NCBI GenBank assembly: GCA_964372125.1
Contig: CAYJPL010000006.1
Location: forward strand, 15,466 to 79,465
Length of the DNA: 64,000 nt
Direction of reading: 5' to 3'
Source of the DNA: an uncultured Erysipelotrichales bacterium
GTDB lineage: Bacteria; Bacillota_I; Bacilli_A; Erysipelotrichales; Coprobacillaceae
A model generated the notes under the pieces. It saw nothing but the letters and a program-made list of their open reading frames with translations, did no database searches and had not been told where the DNA came from. Both the position numbers and the translations under genes were made by a program. Shown here piece by piece: positions 48,139 to 57,354 of the stretch. Position 1 is the first letter of the stretch, and every line of letters starts with the position of its first letter.

Positions 48139-50391
48139 ATGAATAATATAATACAAGGAGATACATATCGTATCACAGTGTTAACAAATCAATTAGTACG
48201 ATTGGAATATAATGCAAAAGGATATTTTGAAGATAGAAAGACACAAACTGTAGTAAATCGCGAATTTCCAAATGTAGAATACTTTAAAAGAGAAACAGAT
48301 GAAGAAATTATTATTCAAACAAAGAATATTAAAATAATATATGATAAAAAAGAATTTACAGATAAGGGATTATCAATACAAGTACTTGGGAACTACTCTG
48401 CTTATCATAGTACGTGGTACTATGGCCAAGACTTTGATGATTTAAAAGGAACAGCTAGAACACTGGATTTCATTGATGGTAAAACCAAGTTACAAAGAGG
48501 GCTTATTTCAAAAAATGGATTTTCTTACTTTGATGATAGTAACTCTTTAATCTTATTAGATAATGGTTTTGTAGAATCACGAAGTGAAAAAGGAATTGAC
48601 TTATATTTTTTTGGATATGGCAGAGACTATTATGGTTGCTTAAAAGATTTTTACCACTTATGTGGAAAACAGCCAATACTACCAAGATATGCATTAGGTA
48701 ACTGGTGGAGTCGTTTCTATCGTTACAGTGAACAATCATACTTAGAATTAATGGATACATTTAAAGAAAAGGAAATCCCTTTATCAATTTCAGTTATTGA
48801 TATGGATTGGCATATAACAGATATTGATCCAAAATACGGTAGTGGGTGGACAGGATATACGTGGAACAAAGAATTGTTTCCAGATCCAAAAAGGTTCTTA
48901 AATACATTACACGACCGTAAGTTGAAGACGACATTGAATGTTCATCCGGCAGCAGGAATTCGTGCATTTGAATCACAATACCAAGATATGGCAAAAGCTA
49001 TGGAGGTTGATATTGAAAATGAAGAGACTGTTGAGTTTGACTTTTCAAATAAGAAATTTATAGATTCATACTTCAAATATGTAAACCAACCTTTAGAACA
49101 AGATGGTGTAGACTTTTGGTGGGTAGATTGGCAACAAGAGGGTCATTCAAAAGTTGAAGGACTTGATCCTTTGTGGATGTTAAACCACTATCATTATCAT
49201 GATAATGATAGTAAGCAATCACGAGGATTAACATTCTCTAGATATGCAGGTATCGGCAGTCATCGCTATCCATTAGGATTTTCAGGAGATTCAATTATTT
49301 CATGGGAATCATTAGCGTTTCAACCTTATTTTAGCGCAACGGCTACAAATGTAGGATATGGCTGGTGGTCACATGATATTGGTGGCCATATGCAAGGGAT
49401 TAAAGATGATGAGTTACAACTTCGATGGCTACAATCAGGTGTATTATCTCCAATTAACCGCCTTCATAGTTCTTGTAATGAATTTTGTGGGAAAGAACCT
49501 TGGAAGTATCCAAAACATATTGAATTAGCGATGATTGATGCCATGAAATTACGACATCGTTTAATTCCTTATATTCATTCTACAAATATTCATAATTATG
49601 AGTTAGGACGTTGTTTAATACACCCGCTATACTATAAACACCCTCATGAAGAAGATGCCTATACATACAAAAATAGTTATTATTTTGGCGAAAATATAAT
49701 TGTAAATCCGGTTGTAACACCAATGGATAGTAAATCAATGCTATCTAAAACAGCAGGCTGGTTACCAGAAGGTATATGGTATGATTTCTTTAGTGATATG
49801 GTATATACTGGAAAAGGACGCCGTAATTTCTATCGAGATTTAAATACATTACCAATGTTTGTGCGTGCTGGGTCAATCATCCCGTTGGATGCTAATCCGG
49901 ATTTTGGAGTAGATAATCCTGAAGTTCTTGAATTACATGTATATGCTGGGCAAAACGGAACATATGTGTTGTATGAAGATGATGATACAAACGATATTGC
50001 AACTACAACAATAAGCTTGCAGTGGCAAAGTCAACCAGTATTAAAAATTCATAAACCAGTAGGAAATATAAAATGTATACCTACAAATCGTAAATATAAG
50101 ATTGTGCTGCATGGATTTAGTGATACGCTACATCATAATACAATTATTCCTTGTACCCTTGATGAAGATATTGAAATTATGTTTGCAAGTTCAGATATAA
50201 ATTTTGGAAATAAAATTGAGAAATGTTTTACAATTTTACAAGCAGCAAATATCGAATACGACTATAAATCAATGTTGTTTGATATTATAAAAAATACAAA
50301 TGCAAGTAAGGATGGAGTTAATTATATTTTAGCATCAAATACTATAGTTGATGATATAATGCTAGCTTTAATTGAAGTAATAAGTGGATAG
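48139..50391 (+). CDS. GH31 family alpha-glucosidase-like enzyme
   Basis: 750 aa. GH31 TIM-barrel motifs (ISVIDMDWH, GVDFWWVDWQQ, GFSGDS, WWSHDIGGH). Specificity unknown. Confidence 0.8.
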   Translation: MNNIIQGDTYRITVLTNQLVRLEYNAKGYFEDRKTQTVVNREFPNVEYFKRETDEEIIIQTKNIKIIYDKKEFTDKGLSIQVLGNYSAYHSTWYYGQDFDDLKGTARTLDFIDGKTKLQRGLISKNGFSYFDDSNSLILLDNGFVESRSEKGIDLYFFGYGRDYYGCLKDFYHLCGKQPILPRYALGNWWSRFYRYSEQSYLELMDTFKEKEIPLSISVIDMDWHITDIDPKYGSGWTGYTWNKELFPDPKRFLNTLHDRKLKTTLNVHPAAGIRAFESQYQDMAKAMEVDIENEETVEFDFSNKKFIDSYFKYVNQPLEQDGVDFWWVDWQQEGHSKVEGLDPLWMLNHYHYHDNDSKQSRGLTFSRYAGIGSHRYPLGFSGDSIISWESLAFQPYFSATATNVGYGWWSHDIGGHMQGIKDDELQLRWLQSGVLSPINRLHSSCNEFCGKEPWKYPKHIELAMIDAMKLRHRLIPYIHSTNIHNYELGRCLIHPLYYKHPHEEDAYTYKNSYYFGENIIVNPVVTPMDSKSMLSKTAGWLPEGIWYDFFSDMVYTGKGRRNFYRDLNTLPMFVRAGSIIPLDANPDFGVDNPEVLELHVYAGQNGTYVLYEDDDTNDIATTTISLQWQSQPVLKIHKPVGNIKCIPTNRKYKIVLHGFSDTLHHNTIIPCTLDEDIEIMFASSDINFGNKIEKCFTILQAANIEYDYKSMLFDIIKNTNASKDGVNYILASNTIVDDIMLALIEVISG

Positions 50392-50499
50392 TAGTAAATA
50401 TAAAGATGATGCTTAAAATTATGACAAGCATATACATTTTATATAATCTTGCTTTTCCATGTGGTAATATACAATTATCAATAATTTATAAGGAGTATT

Positions 50500-51582
50500 A
50501 TGAAAGAACTAACAATATTAATTAAGCCAGCAAGTAGTTTATGTAACATGAAATGTAAATACTGCTTTTACTATGATGTAAGTAATAAGCGAGAAATAAA
50601 AAGTCATGGGATTATGAATACAGAGGTAATGAATTGTGTCATAAAGAATGTCTTTAATGACATTGATGCAAATGGAATCATACGTTTTATATTTCAAGGC
50701 GGGGAGCCAACACTTGCTGGAATAGAGTTTTATAAAAATTTTTTAAATGTAGTAAATAATTATAAAAAAGATCATATTATACATTATTCAATGCAAACAA
50801 ATGGGATTTCTTTAGATGATAAGTGGTATACTTTATTTAAAGAAAATAACTTTCTAGTTGGGATATCATTAGATGGATATAAGGAAAATATGGATATATA
50901 TCGCTTTGACCAAAATGATAACTCTGTATTCAGCGTTGTATTAAATGCAATAAAAGAGTTAGATAAACGTAGTATTGAGTATAATGTCCTTACCGTTATT
51001 ACAAGTAACATATCAAAGAGTGCCAAAAGACTGTATACATTTTATCAAAAACATAATCTACGTCATATACAGCTTATACCATGCATGCCAGATCTAGATA
51101 GTAGTTATGATGAAAATGCATTAAAGCCAAGTCAATATCAAAGATTCTATAGTGATTTATTTGATTTATGGAAATGTGACATTAATACATCGAAATATAT
51201 TAATATAAATATATTTACAAATATATTTACACTGTTACAAAACAAAAATCCATATCAATGTGGAATTTTAGGGAATTGCTCGCTGCAACTAATTGTTGAA
51301 GCAAATGGAAATGTATATCCTTGTGATTTTTATGTATTAGATCAATATTTCCTAGGAAATGTTAAAGAAAAAACATTTAAACATATGATTCAATCACCAA
51401 TCGCAAATACATTTATATGTAATAAAAGTACACCAATGAAAGTATGTGCAACGTGTCGCTATTTAAAGATATGTAATGGAGGCTGTAAAAGACAAAATAT
51501 TACATTTTTAAATGATGAATTTTGTGGATATCAAAAGTTATTAGATAAAGTATTTATCTATATAGAAAAAGGCAATAAATAA
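50500..51582 (+). CDS. anaerobic sulfatase-maturating enzyme (radical SAM / SPASM)
   Basis: CNMKCKYCFY (CX3CX2C) and a C-terminal SPASM motif (CATCRYLKICNGGCKR). It lies next to a Cys-type sulfatase. Confidence 0.82.
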   Translation: MKELTILIKPASSLCNMKCKYCFYYDVSNKREIKSHGIMNTEVMNCVIKNVFNDIDANGIIRFIFQGGEPTLAGIEFYKNFLNVVNNYKKDHIIHYSMQTNGISLDDKWYTLFKENNFLVGISLDGYKENMDIYRFDQNDNSVFSVVLNAIKELDKRSIEYNVLTVITSNISKSAKRLYTFYQKHNLRHIQLIPCMPDLDSSYDENALKPSQYQRFYSDLFDLWKCDINTSKYININIFTNIFTLLQNKNPYQCGILGNCSLQLIVEANGNVYPCDFYVLDQYFLGNVKEKTFKHMIQSPIANTFICNKSTPMKVCATCRYLKICNGGCKRQNITFLNDEFCGYQKLLDKVFIYIEKGNK

Positions 51583-51597
51583 AATTATTGCCTTTTT
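51566..51597. terminator. bidirectional terminator between the convergent anSME and AraC genes
   Basis: Perfect 13-bp stem AAAAAGGCAATAA / TTATTGCCTTTTT that spans both stop codons. Confidence 0.75.
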
Positions 51598-52247
51598 GCA
51601 TGGATATTATGTTGTAAATAATATTGTTTAGGGGTTATGCCAACATGCTTTTTAAATATTTTTGAAAAATAACTATAGGAAACAAAGTGATTAATAGTTG
51701 CTATTTCGATTAGTGGTTCTGTTGTATAGTGTAGAATCTCTTTTATTTGTTTGATTTTATGATGTTGTATATATTCTGTAATTGTTTGATTCATCTCTTT
51801 TTTAAAAAGCGTTGAAATATAAGATTTATTTAAATTACAGTTTTTAGCTATGTCAGCTAAAGTAATCCATGAAGAAGAAGGCATAAAAATATAGTTTAGA
51901 ATATGTTGGATAGTTGGGTGAGAACTCTTTGTAAAGTGAAATAATACATCATAGTAATCTTCAACAATAGAATACTCAAATTCCAAAAGTTGTTCTAGAG
52001 TACGTTTTGTAAGTAAAATATTAATATGATGCTCACTTAAATATAAGCAATAACTAGCAGGTATATGACGAAATATTAATGCTCTAGCAAGGGTACTTGT
52101 TGTTTGCATAAGTTCTATATTTTTTTCTTTGAAAGTCACTTTTGAATTATGTTGATGTAAGTCAATAGAAGTAGTAACTGTTTCATAATTATTAGTACAT
52201 AAAACATTAATTAAATTATGTTGATATTGTAAAGTGGAAGTGTTCAT
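51585..52247 (-). CDS. AraC-family regulator lacking a cupin domain
   Basis: C-terminal AraC HTH (LNKSYISTLFKKEMNQTITEYI...VSYSYFSKIFKKHVGITPKQY). My preferred start is the ATG at 52247 (MNTSTL) after AAAGGA; the ORF track extends to 52316. Confidence 0.72.
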   Translation of the reverse strand: MNTSTLQYQHNLINVLCTNNYETVTTSIDLHQHNSKVTFKEKNIELMQTTSTLARALIFRHIPASYCLYLSEHHINILLTKRTLEQLLEFEYSIVEDYYDVLFHFTKSSHPTIQHILNYIFMPSSSWITLADIAKNCNLNKSYISTLFKKEMNQTITEYIQHHKIKQIKEILHYTTEPLIEIATINHFVSYSYFSKIFKKHVGITPKQYYLQHNIHAKRQ

Positions 52248-52257
52248 ATAAATCCTT

Positions 52258-52938
52258 TCAAGTAGTAAGCGTCTTAAATTGCTTGATAGAGATCGTGGTA
52301 TACTTTTTAAAAACACGATTCATATAGGCTATAGAAGAAAAACCTACTTCGTCTACGATTTGTTGTAATTCGATATTATCAAGTAAAGCAATTTTAACAT
52401 AACTAATCTTTTTATCGATAATATAAGATTCTAATGTTTGGTTGTAGTAAGACTTAAATACTGCTGTACAATGTGATTGACTATACCCTATTTTATTAGA
52501 AATATTTCTCACAGTTGCATTTTTAATATCATTAGAAATAGATGTAACAATTTTATAAACAATCGGTGAAGATAATCGATAACTAGATGTATATAGTTTA
52601 TAAAAGTCATCAACTATTTTCATTTCTAATGAAAATAACTGATTACAATCTTCATGTAATAGAGTTTCAAGGCAATTATTAATTGATTTGTCTCTTAGTT
52701 GTTCAATACTTTGGAGTGAACATTCATTACCAAGACATTGAATACTTAATGATTGAATAAAAATTATTAAGTTACGAACATAATTACTATAATAAAAATG
52801 ATTATTGTCTTTATTTTGAAGACTTGCTATTAGTTGCTTTGTTTTTGTTAAGTCATAGTTTGTAAATAAGTGGATAATTCGTAGTTCCTCACTATATGTA
52901 TAGCGATGACTAAACATTTCTTTTGGTAAATTATTCAT
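52258..52938 (-). CDS. AraC-family regulator lacking a cupin domain (tandem paralog)
   Basis: C-terminal AraC HTH (GYSQSHCTAVFKSYYNQTLESYI...GFSSIAYMNRVFKKYT). Its stop lies 8 nt before the start of the downstream AraC gene. Confidence 0.72.
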   Translation of the reverse strand: MNNLPKEMFSHRYTYSEELRIIHLFTNYDLTKTKQLIASLQNKDNNHFYYSNYVRNLIIFIQSLSIQCLGNECSLQSIEQLRDKSINNCLETLLHEDCNQLFSLEMKIVDDFYKLYTSSYRLSSPIVYKIVTSISNDIKNATVRNISNKIGYSQSHCTAVFKSYYNQTLESYIIDKKISYVKIALLDNIELQQIVDEVGFSSIAYMNRVFKKYTTISIKQFKTLTT

Positions 52939-53044
52939 AAAATCTCCTTAATAGAAGTATATCATAGAATATGACAAAATACATAAACATTATTTTGTTT
53001 AAGATATGTTATAAAGCATAGAATGTATGCAGGAGGTAATGATA

Positions 53045-54388
53045 ATGAATAAACCAAATGTAGTTGTAATTGTAGCAGATCAGTGGTCAAAAAGACTTGC
53101 TGATGGAAGAAATAATGCACCATATGTCCAAACACCAGGACTATCAAAACTATTGGAAGAAGGGGTAAGTTTTGATAATAGTTATAGTGTATTTCCATTA
53201 TGTTGTCCAACACGTGCAAGTTTCTATACTGGAATGTACCCAAACAACCATAATATCAACGATAATGAAGAGATAATAAATATTTTTAAAGGCGAAATTC
53301 CTAAACGTGATGATTTAAAAACTATGGGAGAATACTTTAAAGATGCTGGATATAAAACGGCATATTTTGGAAAAGAACATGCTGGTGGATATGGCTGGGA
53401 CGGTATTGATGAATTTGGATCTATGAAATACACAGGTGGAGGAATGTTAGCTGAAGGTAGTGTGTATGATCAAATATTTTTTAAAGATGCCTTAGATTAT
53501 ATAAAAAAGGATCATGAAAAGCCATTTTATATGACACTATCATTAATTAATCCTCATGATATATGTAAGGTAATTGGCGGTAAGGTAAAGGGTGCAACAA
53601 TGGCAGATGCAATTTTCTTTTGTCGTGATGATAATGAGCCATATTTGCGAAATAGTCCAAGAGCAAGTCTACCTTCAAACTTTGATGCCCCGTTACACGC
53701 AGGAATGATTAAAGAAAATGATTATATGTTTGAAGATATTAAGGATATGAGTGAAAATGACTGGATACGTTATATATCTACATATCAATTATTAATTGAA
53801 AAAACAGATATGTTTATCGAGATGATTAATGATGCTTTAAAAGCAAAAGGGTTAGCTGAAGATACAATTGTTGTCTTTACAAGTGATCATGGTGATATGA
53901 TGGGAAGTCATGGAATCTTTTCTAAGGTGCCGTTTTATGAAGAGTCAGTTAAAACACCATTTGTGATTAAATATCCTAGAATTATTCCAGCAGGAAAAAC
54001 AAATAGTAATTCACTAATTAGTTCAATTGATTTAATGCCATCATTATTAGATTTGTGCGATATCAAATTAGAAAAAGAAATTGATGGAAAATCATTTAAA
54101 GAATCGTGCATTAACCCTACAGTATCAACACACGATGTAACATTTAGTCAAAATGATACTGGAAGAATGATTCGTTATCAAGATTATAAATATTCTATTA
54201 GTGAAATGGATAATAAAATTCATCATGTATTATTTGATTTGAAAAAGGATCCTGATGAGTATCATAATGTATATATGGAAGAAAAATATATGGAAATTAG
54301 TATACAACTAAACGAGATGCTGATGGAGCATTTAAATAAGCAGAATCTAGATATTGCGTATCACTATAATTATCATACAAAAGCATAA
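53045..54388 (+). CDS. Cys-type sulfatase (formylglycine-dependent), no signal peptide
   Basis: Signature LCCPTRASFYTG (C-x-P-x-R...TG), N-terminal VVVIVADQW, and SDHGDMMGSHG. My preferred start is the ATG at 53045, 8 nt after AGGAGG; the ORF track starts at 53027. Confidence 0.88.
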   Translation: MNKPNVVVIVADQWSKRLADGRNNAPYVQTPGLSKLLEEGVSFDNSYSVFPLCCPTRASFYTGMYPNNHNINDNEEIINIFKGEIPKRDDLKTMGEYFKDAGYKTAYFGKEHAGGYGWDGIDEFGSMKYTGGGMLAEGSVYDQIFFKDALDYIKKDHEKPFYMTLSLINPHDICKVIGGKVKGATMADAIFFCRDDNEPYLRNSPRASLPSNFDAPLHAGMIKENDYMFEDIKDMSENDWIRYISTYQLLIEKTDMFIEMINDALKAKGLAEDTIVVFTSDHGDMMGSHGIFSKVPFYEESVKTPFVIKYPRIIPAGKTNSNSLISSIDLMPSLLDLCDIKLEKEIDGKSFKESCINPTVSTHDVTFSQNDTGRMIRYQDYKYSISEMDNKIHHVLFDLKKDPDEYHNVYMEEKYMEISIQLNEMLMEHLNKQNLDIAYHYNYHTKA

Positions 54389-54400
54389 TAGGGATATGTA

Positions 54401-54964
54401 ATGGATGAAAAGAAAGTAACGTTACGTAGTTTATTTGTATCAACATTCTTGCTTAGTGCATTTACGTTTGGTGGTGGGTATGTAATTATTACACTAATGC
54501 AAAAAAAGTATGTCCATGAATACAAATGGATACAAGAAGAACAAATGCTTGAGCTTGTAGCAATTGCACAATCATCACCTGGGGCAATTGCGGTAAATAT
54601 TGCGATTGTACTAGGATATCAATTAAAAGGTTTTTTAGGAGTAGTAACCTGTGTACTAGCTACAGTTTTACCACCACTCTTTATTATTTCAGTAGTTTCA
54701 ATGTTTTATCAAGCATTTCAAAGTAACCCATATATTGCAACAGCACTTGAAGGTATGCAAGCAGGCGTGGCAGCAGTAATTAGTGTTGCCGTACTAGAGA
54801 TGGTAACTGGCTTGATTAAAGATAAAAAATATCTTTTTGTATGCATTGCAGGAGTTGTATTTATTTTACAATACTATTTCCATATTCATGTAGCAATACT
54901 ACTTGGAGTGTTTATTGTTTTAGGGATTATTAAGACTCTTTTCTCTAAGGAGGATGCAAAATGA
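54401..54964 (+). CDS. chromate-transporter (CHR) family half-protein
   Basis: FGGGYVIITLMQKK...SSPGAIAVN is typical of short-chain ChrA. Confidence 0.8.
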   Translation: MDEKKVTLRSLFVSTFLLSAFTFGGGYVIITLMQKKYVHEYKWIQEEQMLELVAIAQSSPGAIAVNIAIVLGYQLKGFLGVVTCVLATVLPPLFIISVVSMFYQAFQSNPYIATALEGMQAGVAAVISVAVLEMVTGLIKDKKYLFVCIAGVVFILQYYFHIHVAILLGVFIVLGIIKTLFSKEDAK

Positions 54965-55509
54965 TATATTTAGAATTATTTTTATCCTTTTTACAAGTTG
55001 GGGTTTTTAGTTTTGGCGGTGGCTATGCAACATTACCACTCATTGAACAACAAGTAATCACAACACATGCTTGGCTTAGTGTTGAAGAGTTTACAAATTT
55101 AATAACAATTTCTCAAATGACACCAGGACCAATTGCATTAAATTCAGCTACTTTTGTCGGGTTGCAGATTGCTGGAATCCCTGGGGCAATTATTGCAACA
55201 CTCGGGTGTGTATTGCCATCGATAATCATTGTTACAGTAATATCTTATCTATATAAAAAATATCAGCAAAATCGAGGAGCAAAGGAAATCTTTAGTTTAC
55301 TTAGGCCTGTTGTAATTGCGTTGATATTTAGTGCGGGACTAACGATTATTATTGGATCATTGTTTGGAAGTGATGGAATTATATCAATGCAAACCTTGCA
55401 TGTAGATATGTTAATTATTTATGGTATTTGTTGTTTTGTTTTAATAATAAAGAAGTGTAATCCGATTTATGTGATGTTACTTGCAGGAGTATTGAATTTT
55501 GTGATTTAA
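54961..55509 (+). CDS. chromate-transporter (CHR) family half-protein (partner)
   Basis: FGGGYATLPLIEQQV...MTPGPIALN. An ATGA overlap with the upstream half. Confidence 0.8.
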   Translation: MIYLELFLSFLQVGVFSFGGGYATLPLIEQQVITTHAWLSVEEFTNLITISQMTPGPIALNSATFVGLQIAGIPGAIIATLGCVLPSIIIVTVISYLYKKYQQNRGAKEIFSLLRPVVIALIFSAGLTIIIGSLFGSDGIISMQTLHVDMLIIYGICCFVLIIKKCNPIYVMLLAGVLNFVI

Positions 55510-55523
55510 AGAAAGGGAAAAAT

Positions 55524-57344
55524 ATGAAAAATAATTATCCAAGTGGTTGGCTTGCATACGAAATGCAACGAGACCTTGATGGCTTTTTGGGAAGCTTAGA
55601 TATTGCAGTACCTGATATTCTTACTAAAGATGATATATATGGTAAAGATCGTTTAACAAAAAAAATAAAGGCAAAAGATGTTGGAGCAATTGGACAAGAT
55701 GCCGACTGGGAAGTTCAATATTTGTGGTGGAATAGTGAAAGCTTTTCCAATTGGTTAGACGGCTTAATTCGTACAGCATATGCTTTAAATGATAAAGAAA
55801 AAATAGAAAAAGCTCAAAAGTATATCTTTCATGTCTTAAATACACAAGATGAAGATGGATATCTGGGAATCTATGATGATGATTTGCGCTATAATTTTTC
55901 AAGTGAAAATGGTGAATTGTGGGCACAAGCAACATTTTTGAGAGCAGCGCTTTCATACTATCAATGCACAAATGATAGTATAGTCTTACAAAAAGTAATC
56001 AAAGCTGTAGCTGTTACAATGAATACATACGTTCAAAATGAAAGTCATCCTTTTGCACTAAAAAGTGATTATGCTGGGGCATGTCATGGATTGATGTATG
56101 TTGATGTTTGTTACACTTTGTACAAATATACAAGTGATATAAAATATCTAAATTATGCAGGGTGGTTATATGATGAATACAGTCAACAAAACTTAAGCGA
56201 AAAAGATATTCAAAAAAATCAACTTCAAGATTTTGACCTTTTGTTTGAAGGTCATGGACCTCATACTTATGAGCATTTTCGAGCATTATTAATTCATAAT
56301 CTTACAAATGATGGCGGTAGCCAAGCACTTGTACAATCATACTTACAAAAATTAAGTACAAGCCTGACACCAAGTGGTGGACCGATTGGTGATGAATGGA
56401 TACTAGGACGCACGGCTAATGCAACAGAAACAGGTTATGAATATTGTTCAATACAGGAACTATTACATTCATACCATATGTACTATGAAATGAATCAAGA
56501 TGAAAAATATATTGATAAACTAGAATGGCTATTCTACAATGCTGGTTTTGGAGCAAGGCATCCTAGTCGTAGTCAAATCGCATATTGTCAAAGAGATAAT
56601 GCATATCTAAGCTCGGGTAGTTCTTTAGAAGGCAATGCTGGTGAAAATATTCGTTATAAATACTCTGTTGCACATCAAGATGTTGCTGTGTGTTGTGTAC
56701 CAAACGCCGGTAGAATTCATAGTTACTTTTTAGATGCGGTATATCAAAGTAGCGATGATCAAATCGATATCAATATATATGTGCCGTCATCAACGAAAAG
56801 AGTAATCAATGGAAACCTTATAACAATTGAACAAATTACTAATTATCCATTTGAGTTATCATCGAAAATCATTGTATCTGGAAAGGCAAAGTGCAAAATA
56901 AAACTACGTAAACCAGGGTGGGCGAAAACGATGAAAGTGAAGATTGATGGAAAAGCAATAGAGTATCATGGTTTTGTCGAACAATATTATGATAATACGG
57001 AAATTGAAGTTCAATTTGAAACAGCTGTTATTGAGCATTCTGATTTTGTTGGCGATAAGTATTATAGTTATGGACCACTTGTATACTGCTTAGAAATTCC
57101 ATCTTGCCTAGAAGAAAAAAGACAATACCTGTATGGTCAAAGAGATGCATTATATACACCAAATACAAAAGAGTATCAAGATTGGAATATTGGGGAAATT
57201 GATATGAAAGTTAAAAAAATAGGAAACAGTTTCCAAAATCCAACTAGAATTCAAGGAAGTATTGTTGTAAATAATTTACAACGAGAAGTTGAGTTTACTC
57301 CAATGGGAAGTGCAATCCTTAGAAAAATAACATTTAAAAGGTAA
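55524..57344 (+). CDS. GH127-like (DUF1680) glycoside hydrolase family protein
   Basis: 606 aa. ETGYEYCS and VAVCCVPNAGR resemble the Glu/Cys Zn-site and the CCxPN catalytic-Cys motif of GH127/GH146 beta-L-arabinofuranosidase-type enzymes. This is recognition by eye only. Confidence 0.55.
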   Translation: MKNNYPSGWLAYEMQRDLDGFLGSLDIAVPDILTKDDIYGKDRLTKKIKAKDVGAIGQDADWEVQYLWWNSESFSNWLDGLIRTAYALNDKEKIEKAQKYIFHVLNTQDEDGYLGIYDDDLRYNFSSENGELWAQATFLRAALSYYQCTNDSIVLQKVIKAVAVTMNTYVQNESHPFALKSDYAGACHGLMYVDVCYTLYKYTSDIKYLNYAGWLYDEYSQQNLSEKDIQKNQLQDFDLLFEGHGPHTYEHFRALLIHNLTNDGGSQALVQSYLQKLSTSLTPSGGPIGDEWILGRTANATETGYEYCSIQELLHSYHMYYEMNQDEKYIDKLEWLFYNAGFGARHPSRSQIAYCQRDNAYLSSGSSLEGNAGENIRYKYSVAHQDVAVCCVPNAGRIHSYFLDAVYQSSDDQIDINIYVPSSTKRVINGNLITIEQITNYPFELSSKIIVSGKAKCKIKLRKPGWAKTMKVKIDGKAIEYHGFVEQYYDNTEIEVQFETAVIEHSDFVGDKYYSYGPLVYCLEIPSCLEEKRQYLYGQRDALYTPNTKEYQDWNIGEIDMKVKKIGNSFQNPTRIQGSIVVNNLQREVEFTPMGSAILRKITFKR

Positions 57345-57354
57345 AAACTAAATT

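Noticed and set aside
48139-50391. The GH31 enzyme considered as a sulfoquinovosidase, given the neighbouring sulfatase locus.
   Set aside because: It is separated from the sulfatase locus by an intergenic region that carries a candidate -10 (TATAAT at 50449) for the anSME gene, and it follows the alpha-glucan genes after a 31-nt gap. I could not recognise the YihQ-type sulfonate-binding context. The catalytic-region motif here is GVDFWWVDWQQ. Subfamily assignment needs an alignment.
50406-50528. A 40-codon ORF (MMLKIMTSIYILYNLAFPCGNIQLSIIYKEYYERTNNIN) immediately upstream of and overlapping the radical-SAM/SPASM gene, considered as a RiPP precursor candidate.
   Set aside because: There is no RBS. 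The likely -10 (TATAAT at 50449) of the anSME promoter lies inside it. It overlaps the anSME start out of frame. The adjacent Cys-type sulfatase fully explains the radical-SAM enzyme. It is most likely a chance ORF in AT-rich DNA.
52963-53024. Direct repeat CATAGAAT at 52963-52970 and 53017-53024 in the AraC/sulfatase divergent promoter region, considered as AraC binding sites.
   Set aside because: An 8-mer repeated once within ~100 bp of AT-rich DNA is close to chance expectation, and there is no extended similarity around it.
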